Of a stretch of DNA of 64,000 nt, positions 1 to 8,669 are shown in pieces (the first letter of the stretch is position 1; each line of letters starts with the position of its first letter). The translations under genes and the position numbers were made by a program. Under the pieces are notes generated by a model. The model saw nothing but the letters and a program-made list of their open reading frames with translations. It did no database searches and was not told the DNA's origin. The DNA is from Oscillospiraceae bacterium (lineage in GTDB: Bacteria > Bacillota > Clostridia > UBA1212). Where the stretch lies: positions 76,989-140,988 of the forward strand of contig SVJA01000004.1 of NCBI GenBank assembly GCA_015069195.1, in the 5' to 3' direction.

Positions 1-17
1 TCAGCGATAAGTTTGCC

Positions 18-3000
18 ATGTACGGTGATTTATATAAAGTTAAAGAGAACATGTGCCACAGTCTTCGTTGCGACAAAATAAAAATTACTTGCCGCTCAGG
101 TGAGCCTCTTTTTGATATTTTGCCTGATCCTTCACGCCTTAAGGTATTGTGGGCAAGTATTTTGCAATACCTGCAGTGTGAGCGTGTAAGTTTATGGGCG
201 CTTCTGAAAAACAGCAAAATGAGTTACTCAAGCGGTACGATTTATATTATTTCCGAAAAGGCTACAAAGAGTGCACTTGATGTTATGCGTGCGGATTCGT
301 TCATTGATGAATATATTTACGATACTTTCGGTGAACATTGTCGCATTGTTTTTGAGGATAAAATTCCGGACAGATGTGTTTCTGCAGACGCTGATGACTA
401 TGAGTGTGTGACTGTTGATTTTTCGATTGACGAGTATAATAGAGTTGTTTCGAGTCGCAAAAATACCGAGAAAAAGGACTATTCCGGAAGTTACGACAAG
501 GTTTACGGAGGTTCCGGTTCAAAACCTGTCAGAAGAAGTGAAGAATACAAGGGCAAAGGTTCGGGCAAGAAACGCAGACTTACTCCGGAAGAGGGACAAG
601 AACTTCCGAAGGATTCTTACGGTCGTGAAATTATTATGGGCGGACAGATTGACGAAAAGATTGTCAAAATGCAGGAGATTACCGCTGATTCCGGTTACAT
701 TGCCGTCAAGGGAAGAGTTTTCAAGACAGAGTTCAAAGAACTTTCAAGCGGTTCATATATTGCGGCTGTCTGTATGACGGACGAGCTTTATTCTATAACC
801 ATAAAGTTTTTCTTTGATCCTGAGGATTTGGATTTTGTTAAGAAAAGATTTAAAGACGGTAAATGCTTCATCGTGTACGGCGATGCTACTGATGACAGAT
901 TTGCTCGTGAGATAGTTATCCGGGCAAAGAGTATCGTAGAGTACAAGCCCGAAGTCAGAATGGATAATGCCGAGGTAAAGAGAGTTGAGCTTCACTTGCA
1001 CACAAATATGAGTGCGCAGGACGGTTTGACACGTCCGAAGGATCTTGTCGCTACTCTTGACCGCTGGGGACATACCGCCGTTGCAATTACAGACCACGGT
1101 GTTGTTCAGGCATATCCTGATATGTTTAACTCGGTTAAGTTCGGAAAGAGCGGTCTGAAACTTCTTTACGGAATTGAATGTTATCTCACCGACCAACCCG
1201 GAGAGGTTACAAAAGAAGAAGCAAAGAATATTCCGAGATGGCACTGTATCATTCTCGTTAAAAATCTTGTAGGCCTTAAGAATCTTTATAAACTTATTTC
1301 AAAGTCAAACCTTAACTATTATTATAAGAGACCTCTTATGCCTCGTTTTGAAATAGAAAATCTGCGTGAAGGTCTTATCATAGGTAGTGCTTGCTCCGAG
1401 GGTGAGCTTTACGATGCGATTATAAGCGGCGAGAGTGAAGAGAGACTTTTGGAGATGGCGTCATTCTACGATTATCTTGAGATACAGCCTATTGACAACA
1501 ACCAATATTTGCTCCGCCAGGGCAGAGTGGCCAGTTCTTGGGAACTTCGTGAGATAAATAAGCGAATTGTAGAACTCGGTGACCTCTTAGGTAAGATGAC
1601 TGTTGCGACAGGTGATGTGCACTTCTTAAATCCTGAGGATGCTCTTTACAGAAATGTTATGCAGACTGCTATGGGATTTGACGATGCCGATATGCAGCCT
1701 CCGTTATACTTAAAGACTACGGAGGAAATGCTCCGTGAGTTTGAATATCTGGGTGACAGAGCGTACGAAGTTGTTGTTGAAAATACAAATAAGATTGCCG
1801 ATATGATAGAGTCGATTCGCCCTGTGCCGGACGGATTTTTCCCGCCTGTTATCGAAGGGTCGGATGATAAAATCAGACAGAGTTCATACGACAAAGTAAA
1901 AGAAATTTACGGCGACAGAGTTCCTGATTTTGTTATGGAGCGTCTCAACAGAGAACTTGATGCAATCATCGGTAACGGTTACTCGATTATGTACCTTACT
2001 GCGAAAGAACTTGTTGCAGAGTCTGCGCGAAACGGTTACACGGTAGGTTCTAGAGGTTCGGTAGGTTCATCACTTGCGGCGTTCATGTCAGGTATTACAG
2101 AGGTTAACTCACTTCCTCCGCATTACAGATGCCCGAAGTGTTTTTATAATGAATTTTTCCTGAAACAAGAATACGAGAGCGGTTGTGAACTTCCCCACAA
2201 GGATTGTCCTGAGTGCGGTACTCCGCTTGTCCGTGACGGTTTTGACATACCGTTTGAAACTTTCCTTGGTTTTGACGGCGACAAAGTTCCTGATATCGAC
2301 CTTAACTTTGCATCAGACGACCAGCCGAATGCTCATCGTTATACCGCTGTACTTTTCGGAGAGGATTACGTGTTCCGTGCAGGTACGATTTCAGGTCTTG
2401 CAGAGAAAAATGCGAGAGGTTATGTGCTCAAATATCTTGAGAAAAAAGGTATACAGGCTTCCGAATCGGAGATAAACAGATTGGCGAGCGGTTTTACCGG
2501 TGTAAGAAAGACTACAGGCCAGCATCCGGGCGGTATTATGGTTATACCTAAAGACCATGACATATATGATTTTACTCCGATACAGCACCCAGCGGACAAA
2601 ACGGATTCCGATACGATAACGACACACTTCGATTATCACTTCTTGCACGACAATATTTTGAAGCTCGATATACTCGGACACGATGGTCCCGCAATGCTTA
2701 AATATCTGGGCGACTTTACGGGAGTTGATACAACTTCGGTAGATATAGCCGACGAAAAAGTTCTTTCGCTTTTTAACTCTGCAACGGCTCTTGAAATGGA
2801 CCCGAGAGAACTTCGTATAAATATTGAATTCGGTACGCTCGGTATTCCCGAGTTCGGAACAAGCTTTGCTATGGGCATGCTTAAAGATACTTTGCCGACA
2901 ACAGTTTCAGAACTTGTAAGAATTGCAGGTCTGTCACACGGTACGGACGTTTGGCTCGGTAACGCACAGGACCTCATAAAGAGCGGAACTTGTACGCTTT

Positions 3001-3740
3001 CGCAGGCTATCTGTTGCCGTGACGATATTATGCTCTTTTTGATAAAGATGGGGATGGATAAGAAACAATCTTTTGTAATCATGGAGCAGGTTCGTAAGGG
3101 TAAAGGTTTGAAACCTGAGCAGGTAGAGGATATGATGGAACACGATGTTCCCGATTGGTACATAGAATCTTGTAAAAAGATTAAATACATGTTCCCGAAG
3201 GCTCACGCTGTTGCTTACGTTGTACTTTCGCTTCGTATTGCGTGGTTTAAGGTTTACTATCCGGTTGCATATTACTGCACAAGATTTACATTGAAAGTGG
3301 ATGAATTTGACGCTGAGAATATGATACACGGTGTTGATAAAGCATTTATGAAAATGACTGAAATGAAGAAACAGGGAAGTGCTTTGACTGACAAGGATGA
3401 CCGTCAGCTTATCATTTACGAACAGCTTATGGAACTTTATGCGCGCGGCGTGGAATTTTTGCCGGTAGACCTTTACAAGTCTGATGCAGTGGTGTTCCGC
3501 CCGGAAGACGGTAAAATAAGACCGCCGTTCAGCGCTCTCCAAGGAGTCGGTACAAATGCTGCCCAGGCTATTGTGGATGCCAGAAATGACGGCAAGGGCG
3601 AATTTATTTCTATTGCGGATTTGCGAGCAAGAGCAAAGCTCAATAAAGCAGTTATAGAAACGTTGAGAGCCGAAGGTTGTCTTGACGGAATGCCTGAAGA
3701 CGATAATCTTTCATTACTTGATTTACTTGATGGTATATAA
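18..3740 (+). CDS. polC: DNA polymerase III alpha subunit, PolC-type (may begin upstream of window; lacks exonuclease insert)
   Basis: OB region, PHP motifs (ELHLHT, TDHG, TGDVH), GSRGSVGSS, Zn finger CPKC..CPEC, catalytic PDIDLNF; frame is open to the window edge. Confidence 0.95.
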   Translation: MYGDLYKVKENMCHSLRCDKIKITCRSGEPLFDILPDPSRLKVLWASILQYLQCERVSLWALLKNSKMSYSSGTIYIISEKATKSALDVMRADSFIDEYIYDTFGEHCRIVFEDKIPDRCVSADADDYECVTVDFSIDEYNRVVSSRKNTEKKDYSGSYDKVYGGSGSKPVRRSEEYKGKGSGKKRRLTPEEGQELPKDSYGREIIMGGQIDEKIVKMQEITADSGYIAVKGRVFKTEFKELSSGSYIAAVCMTDELYSITIKFFFDPEDLDFVKKRFKDGKCFIVYGDATDDRFAREIVIRAKSIVEYKPEVRMDNAEVKRVELHLHTNMSAQDGLTRPKDLVATLDRWGHTAVAITDHGVVQAYPDMFNSVKFGKSGLKLLYGIECYLTDQPGEVTKEEAKNIPRWHCIILVKNLVGLKNLYKLISKSNLNYYYKRPLMPRFEIENLREGLIIGSACSEGELYDAIISGESEERLLEMASFYDYLEIQPIDNNQYLLRQGRVASSWELREINKRIVELGDLLGKMTVATGDVHFLNPEDALYRNVMQTAMGFDDADMQPPLYLKTTEEMLREFEYLGDRAYEVVVENTNKIADMIESIRPVPDGFFPPVIEGSDDKIRQSSYDKVKEIYGDRVPDFVMERLNRELDAIIGNGYSIMYLTAKELVAESARNGYTVGSRGSVGSSLAAFMSGITEVNSLPPHYRCPKCFYNEFFLKQEYESGCELPHKDCPECGTPLVRDGFDIPFETFLGFDGDKVPDIDLNFASDDQPNAHRYTAVLFGEDYVFRAGTISGLAEKNARGYVLKYLEKKGIQASESEINRLASGFTGVRKTTGQHPGGIMVIPKDHDIYDFTPIQHPADKTDSDTITTHFDYHFLHDNILKLDILGHDGPAMLKYLGDFTGVDTTSVDIADEKVLSLFNSATALEMDPRELRINIEFGTLGIPEFGTSFAMGMLKDTLPTTVSELVRIAGLSHGTDVWLGNAQDLIKSGTCTLSQAICCRDDIMLFLIKMGMDKKQSFVIMEQVRKGKGLKPEQVEDMMEHDVPDWYIESCKKIKYMFPKAHAVAYVVLSLRIAWFKVYYPVAYYCTRFTLKVDEFDAENMIHGVDKAFMKMTEMKKQGSALTDKDDRQLIIYEQLMELYARGVEFLPVDLYKSDAVVFRPEDGKIRPPFSALQGVGTNAAQAIVDARNDGKGEFISIADLRARAKLNKAVIETLRAEGCLDGMPEDDNLSLLDLLDGI

Positions 3741-3768
3741 AATAAGATGAAAATAAAGGAGTAATTTT

Positions 3769-5895
3769 ATGTTTAGTAAAAAGGTTGAATTTTTAAAAGC
3801 GATTCCTGTATGGGCAGAAGGATTGGAAAAAGAAATTAATCGCCACCTTATGTTCAATACAAATATTGACTTTACCGACAAAAAGAATACAGTGATCAGA
3901 CTTACTGCAAGCTGTGCGTATTCCGTAAAAGTAAACGGTGAGTTCTTTGCAATGGGACCTGCAAGAGCCGGCCACGGACACTATCGTGTAGACGAATATG
4001 TTCTTGATAATGTTTTAGATGGCGCTGCCAACAAGATTGAAATACTTGTTGCGGGATACAATCAGAATAGCTTTTATTGGCTTGATCAGCCGTCGTTTCT
4101 CTGTGCTGAGATTTTAAAGGACGGAGAGGCTATCGCTTGGACTTCTGCTAACCGTGATGACTTCAAGGCATATAATTTTGCTGAAAGAGTTGTAAAAGTA
4201 CAGAGATATTCATTCCAAAGACCTGCGGCAGAAGTGTATGATTACAATCGAAAAACAGACTATACAGCCCCTGTAAAACTTGTTCACGCTACAGCCGAGG
4301 ACAAAGTATTTATCGAAAGAGGAATTTTCTATCCTGAATACGAAAAAGAACCTGCGAAATCAATCATTTGCAAAGGTACGGTGGGCGTTTCCGAAAAAGA
4401 CTCATATTATGACGACAGAGCTATTGTAAATGTCGGTGAAATGATAAAAGGTTTTCCTATCGATGAACTTGAAGTTTGCAGTGTATGGGAAGCTCAGAAA
4501 CTCGACTTTGATGCAACTGATTATACTGTCAGCGACAATGCTCCGATAATACTTCCGAAAGATACTTTTGCTGTTTACGACATGGGTAAAAACAGCAACG
4601 GCCTTATGGGTTTTGATATCGAATGTGAAGAAGATATCACTTTGTATGCGTTGTTTGATGAGATAATTCTTGACAATGATCCGAATAAAATTGACATAAC
4701 ACGATTGACTTGTTCAAATGTCATAATGTGGAAACTTCCTAAAGGAAAATATTCAATTCTTTCATACGAGCCTTACGGATACAAATATCTCAGAATGGTT
4801 TCAATGGGCGGCAGTGCAAAGATTTCCGATATGCACATTCGTCGCGTCGGTTTTTATATGCCGGACAAAAAAATCAAAACCGATAATCCGAAACTCAAAG
4901 CGGTATTTGATGCTGCGATAGAAACTTTCAGACAGAATGTTTGCGACATATATATGGATTGTGCATCGAGAGAGCGTGGCGGTTGGCTCTGCGACAGCTT
5001 CTTTACTTCAAGAGTTGAAAAAACTTTGACAGGAAAGAGCGAAGTTGAAAGAAACTTCCTCGAAAACTTCCTGCAGCCTGACAGCTTCAAGTGTATTCCA
5101 CAGGGAATGCTTCCGATGTGCTATCCCGGTGACCACTATGACTATTCATTTATCCCGAACTGGGCAATGTGGTATGTTGTAGAGCTCGAAGAATATCTTG
5201 CACGCAGCGGTGACGTTGAATTTATTGAAAGTGCAAAGCCTAAGATGTATGCACTTCTCAACTATTTCAAAGGTCTTGAAAACAGCGACGGACTTTTGGA
5301 ACATCTGAAATCATGGGTATTCGTTGAATGGTCGAAGGCAAACGATTTTGTGCAGGATATAAACTTCCCTTCAAATATGCTTTACAGCAAAATGAAAAAA
5401 GTTATGTCAAGACTTTACAATGACAAAACTCTTGCTGACGAGGCAGAGGCGCTTGATAAGAAAATAAAAGAGCTTTCTTTCGGCGGCAAATTCTTCCGGG
5501 ATAATGCAGTTTACGAAGACGGAAAACTTGTTTTGACAGAGAACTATACAGAAGCTTGTCAGTATTATGCGTTCCACACAGGTGTAGCAACTCCGGAAGA
5601 GTTCCCCGAACTTTGGGAAACTTTATTGAAAGATTTCGGTCCTCAGCGTAAACAGACAGGAAAGTGGTCGGAGGTTTATTTTGCAAATGCTTTCATCGGA
5701 AACTATCTCCGCCTTGACCTTTTGAACATCTACGGTTACAACGAGGAAATTCTCGACAACATGGAAGGTTACTTCTACTATATGGCAGAGCAGACCGGAA
5801 CTCTTTGGGAGCATGACGGTACATACGCAAGCTGTTGCCACGGTTTTGCTTCTCATGTAATTTATTGGTTTGATAAGCTTGGAATGCTTGAGTGA
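3769..5895 (+). CDS. alpha-L-rhamnosidase-like glycoside hydrolase (GH78-like)
   Basis: DCASRERGGWLCD, GTLWE and SCCHGFAS motifs resemble GH78; AAGGAG RBS. Confidence 0.75.
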   Translation: MFSKKVEFLKAIPVWAEGLEKEINRHLMFNTNIDFTDKKNTVIRLTASCAYSVKVNGEFFAMGPARAGHGHYRVDEYVLDNVLDGAANKIEILVAGYNQNSFYWLDQPSFLCAEILKDGEAIAWTSANRDDFKAYNFAERVVKVQRYSFQRPAAEVYDYNRKTDYTAPVKLVHATAEDKVFIERGIFYPEYEKEPAKSIICKGTVGVSEKDSYYDDRAIVNVGEMIKGFPIDELEVCSVWEAQKLDFDATDYTVSDNAPIILPKDTFAVYDMGKNSNGLMGFDIECEEDITLYALFDEIILDNDPNKIDITRLTCSNVIMWKLPKGKYSILSYEPYGYKYLRMVSMGGSAKISDMHIRRVGFYMPDKKIKTDNPKLKAVFDAAIETFRQNVCDIYMDCASRERGGWLCDSFFTSRVEKTLTGKSEVERNFLENFLQPDSFKCIPQGMLPMCYPGDHYDYSFIPNWAMWYVVELEEYLARSGDVEFIESAKPKMYALLNYFKGLENSDGLLEHLKSWVFVEWSKANDFVQDINFPSNMLYSKMKKVMSRLYNDKTLADEAEALDKKIKELSFGGKFFRDNAVYEDGKLVLTENYTEACQYYAFHTGVATPEEFPELWETLLKDFGPQRKQTGKWSEVYFANAFIGNYLRLDLLNIYGYNEEILDNMEGYFYYMAEQTGTLWEHDGTYASCCHGFASHVIYWFDKLGMLE

Positions 5896-5919
5896 TAGGG
5901 TAAATAATATAAAATAATC

Positions 5920-5944
5920 TCTGTCCGTTTTTCAAACGGACAGA
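5920..5944 (+). terminator. hairpin downstream of GH78 gene
   Basis: TCTGTCCGTTT-TTC-AAACGGACAGA inverted repeat; no strong U tract. Confidence 0.45.
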
Positions 5945-5964
5945 CACGGACAATTTTCCGCCGC

Positions 5965-5974
5965 GCATATATTT
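5965..5974 (+). promoter_or_regulatory. putative sigmaE -10 element of sigK
   Basis: GCATATATTT, identical to the motifs upstream of yabP and spoVB; resembles sigmaE CATAcanT. Confidence 0.55.
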
Positions 5975-5999
5975 TTGTATATATGCGCGGCGTTAGTTT

Positions 6000-6686
6000 A
6001 TGCCCTTGTTTAAGGAGCTGTTAAAATTGTCTGTAAACGGAAATTCAACGGTTTATTCTGCCGGCGGAATGGCTTTTCCTAAGCCGCTTTCTGCCGAAGA
6101 GGAAAATTACTATGTAGAGCAGTACGCTCTGGGTGATGAAAGTGCTAAAGACATACTTGTTGAACGCAATTTGAGATTGGTTGCACATATTGCAAAAAAA
6201 TACATTTCACCGAATTCGAGCGGTGATGACTTGATTTCGATAGGTACAATCGGTCTTATAAAGGCGGTGGGGTCATTTAAATCAGACAAGGGCATTAAGC
6301 TTGGGACATACGCCGTTCGCTGTATCGAAAACGAAATTTTGATGTATATGAGGGCCGGCAAGAAGTATCAGAATGAGGTGTCGCTTCACGATCCCGTTGG
6401 TACCGATAAAGAAGGCAATGAAATATTGCTTGAAGATGTTTTGAGCCTTGATGATACAGAAATGCTTGATGAAATCGATGCAAATTTCAGATCGGAGCTT
6501 CTTTCAAAGTGTGTTGATAAATATTTGTCTGCACGCGAAAAACAAATTATAAAGCTCAGATACGGACTTGTGGGAGGCAATGAACTTACTCAAAGAGAGG
6601 TCGGAAAGTTGCTCGGGATAAGCAGGTCGTACGTTTCACGCATAGAGAAAAAGGCGTTGGAAAAGTTGGGGAAGGTAATGGTATAG
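6000..6686 (+). CDS. sigK: RNA polymerase sporulation sigma factor SigK (uninterrupted)
   Basis: FPKPLS, NLRLVAHIAKKY, DLISIGTIGLIKA, CIENEILM, GISRSYVSRIEKKAL; alternative TTG start at 6027. Confidence 0.9.
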   Translation: MPLFKELLKLSVNGNSTVYSAGGMAFPKPLSAEEENYYVEQYALGDESAKDILVERNLRLVAHIAKKYISPNSSGDDLISIGTIGLIKAVGSFKSDKGIKLGTYAVRCIENEILMYMRAGKKYQNEVSLHDPVGTDKEGNEILLEDVLSLDDTEMLDEIDANFRSELLSKCVDKYLSAREKQIIKLRYGLVGGNELTQREVGKLLGISRSYVSRIEKKALEKLGKVMV

Positions 6687-6746
6687 GCAAAAATAAAGTT
6701 GTTAAAAATATGGGAAAATATTTTTAACAACTTCATTTTTGCCTAT
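6683..6746. repeat. 28-bp inverted repeat overlapping the sigK stop codon (terminator-like)
   Basis: ATAGGCAAAAATAAAGTTGTTAAAAATA / TATTTTTAACAACTTCATTTTTGCCTAT, 1 mismatch. Confidence 0.8.
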
Positions 6747-6978
6747 TGCGAGTGTTTATCGGGGCAAGAAAGGTAGAAAATATGGAGAAAACATTTTTCA
6801 ACTCACACTGGTTGCCGATTATGAAGAAGTATTGACACGTGCCTAAAAACAGCCGCCTGCAGTTGTTGGCAACGTCCAAGAGAATGTTAAAGCAAATTGA
6901 CTGCGTAAATCTTTTAGATTAAAATATAAATAATAAACATTGTGTTTTATTAGATTGTTTGCTAGAGGCAGAGTGGCT

Positions 6979-7392
6979 ATGGTAAAAATAAATTATGAAG
7001 AATTGATAAAATTGGCTGTTGATGCTATGGATACGGCATATTCGCCTTATTCGAAGTGCCGTGTCGGTGCGTGTCTTTTGGGTGACAGCGGAAGATATTA
7101 TACGGGTTGCAATGTTGAAAATGCGTCGTATTCTGCGACTTGCTGTGCGGAACGGACTGCGATATTCAAAGCTGTTTCAGGAGGTGAAAAAAGATTCAGG
7201 GCGATAGCGATCGTCGGTGGAATCGACGGAGCAATAAAAGATTATTTTCCGCCCTGCGGTGCGTGCAGACAGGTGATGTCGGAGTTCTGCGATGATGATT
7301 TTGAAATAATACTTTTTAATGGCGAAAAAATAACAGTCCGGAAGTTTTTCGAGATGCTTCCGTATCCTTTCGGAAGTGAAAAATTGAATTGA
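6979..7392 (+). CDS. cdd: cytidine deaminase
   Basis: AYSPYS, GCNVENASY, CAERTA, PCGACRQ Zn motifs; GAGG RBS before ATG 6979. Confidence 0.95.
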   Translation: MVKINYEELIKLAVDAMDTAYSPYSKCRVGACLLGDSGRYYTGCNVENASYSATCCAERTAIFKAVSGGEKRFRAIAIVGGIDGAIKDYFPPCGACRQVMSEFCDDDFEIILFNGEKITVRKFFEMLPYPFGSEKLN

Positions 7393-7448
7393 AATCAATA
7401 CGGAATATCTATTAAAAAGACAGATACCGAGTGAAAAAAATAATATTA

Positions 7449-7488
7449 AAAACGGGTTGAACCTAAAACTGTTCAACCCGTTTTTTTT
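7449..7488 (+). terminator. intrinsic terminator
   Basis: AAAACGGGTTGAAC...GTTCAACCCGTTTTTTTT. Confidence 0.85.
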
Positions 7489-7596
7489 GCCTTTTTATTC
7501 TTGTATTTTCTTACAATAGCTGTTGAATTTGGGTGTTGTTAGTACTACAATAATATATTGAAAAGTTGTAATTTATTCTGAAAGGAATAGACACAA

Positions 7597-8040
7597 ATGC
7601 TTGATAAAGAATTAAAAAAATTGAGTAGACGTGAGCTTGTAGATATCATTTATCAAATGAAAAAAAATGAGGAGCAGCTATTGGAACAGATTGCTGTTTT
7701 AGAGGAAAATCTACATGATAAAAGAATCAGAATTGAGGAAGCCGGCTCTATTGCGGAAGCTGCTGCAGATATTACGAATGTTTTTTCTGTAGCTCAGACT
7801 ACCGCTGATTTATATTTGCAGGAAATAGCCTGTATGAAAGAAAAAACCGAAAAAGATTGTGCAAAAATGATTGATGAGGCAAAACAGGAGGCTGAAAGAA
7901 TTTTGTCCGATGTAAAGACTCAACATAAGGAGTTGCGCACTCGCTATCGGGTAGATCATAAAAAGTGGCAACAACTCAGAACAGAGATTCAAAAGTTGGA
8001 AGAGTTGAAAATGTGGATTAAGCAAGGGGATGACGTATGA
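7597..8040 (+). CDS. coiled-coil (DivIVA-like) protein heading the pilus operon
   Basis: helical, charged sequence; AAGGA RBS; ATGA overlap with next gene. Confidence 0.6.
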   Translation: MLDKELKKLSRRELVDIIYQMKKNEEQLLEQIAVLEENLHDKRIRIEEAGSIAEAAADITNVFSVAQTTADLYLQEIACMKEKTEKDCAKMIDEAKQEAERILSDVKTQHKELRTRYRVDHKKWQQLRTEIQKLEELKMWIKQGDDV

Positions 8041-8627
8041 ATAAAAAAATTGAAGAAGATGTAGCGATTCCCTCTTTGCTTGAGATTCAGGATGAACGTA
8101 AACGTATACGAAGAAAAGCTTATTTTGGACAGGCTCTCAGAGGTACTGTTTCTGTTTTGGTAGTAGTAGCTGCGGTAGCTGTTTTGATAGCAACATTATT
8201 TCTGCCTATTCTTCAGATATCAGGAGACAGCATGTCACCTACTTTGGAACATAATGAGATAGTGGTTCTTTTAAAAACAAAAGAGTTTAAACGTGGTGAC
8301 CTGATCGGTTTCTATTATCAGGGTAAGATTTTATTGAAACGCGTGATTGCTTTGCCTGATGATGAAGTGGCAATCGATGCTGACGGAAACGTATATGTGA
8401 ACGGCGAACTTTTGGAAGAACCTTATGTTACGGACAAGACTCTTGGTGATTGTGATCTGGAGTTTCCTTATAAAGTTCCCGGTACCGGTTATTTTGTAAT
8501 GGGAGATCGACGGTCTAATTCTGTGGACAGTCGTAACTCTGTAGTCGGTGCGATTTCGCGCGATGATATCATCGGAAAAGTTGTTATCAGAGTATGGCCT
8601 TTTTCAAGGTTTGGATTTATTTCCTGA
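8037..8627 (+). CDS. lepB: signal peptidase I (pilus-operon associated)
   Basis: TM anchor, GDSMSPTL (Ser), LLKRVI (Lys), GDRRSNSVDSR. Confidence 0.9.
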   Translation: MNKKIEEDVAIPSLLEIQDERKRIRRKAYFGQALRGTVSVLVVVAAVAVLIATLFLPILQISGDSMSPTLEHNEIVVLLKTKEFKRGDLIGFYYQGKILLKRVIALPDDEVAIDADGNVYVNGELLEEPYVTDKTLGDCDLEFPYKVPGTGYFVMGDRRSNSVDSRNSVVGAISRDDIIGKVVIRVWPFSRFGFIS

Positions 8628-8669
8628 AAAAGCAGTAATAAAATTTTTTAAATGAAAGGAGGGAGAGCA

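Noticed and set aside
6000-6686. skin element in sigK
   Set aside because: The ORF is continuous and no recombinase is nearby
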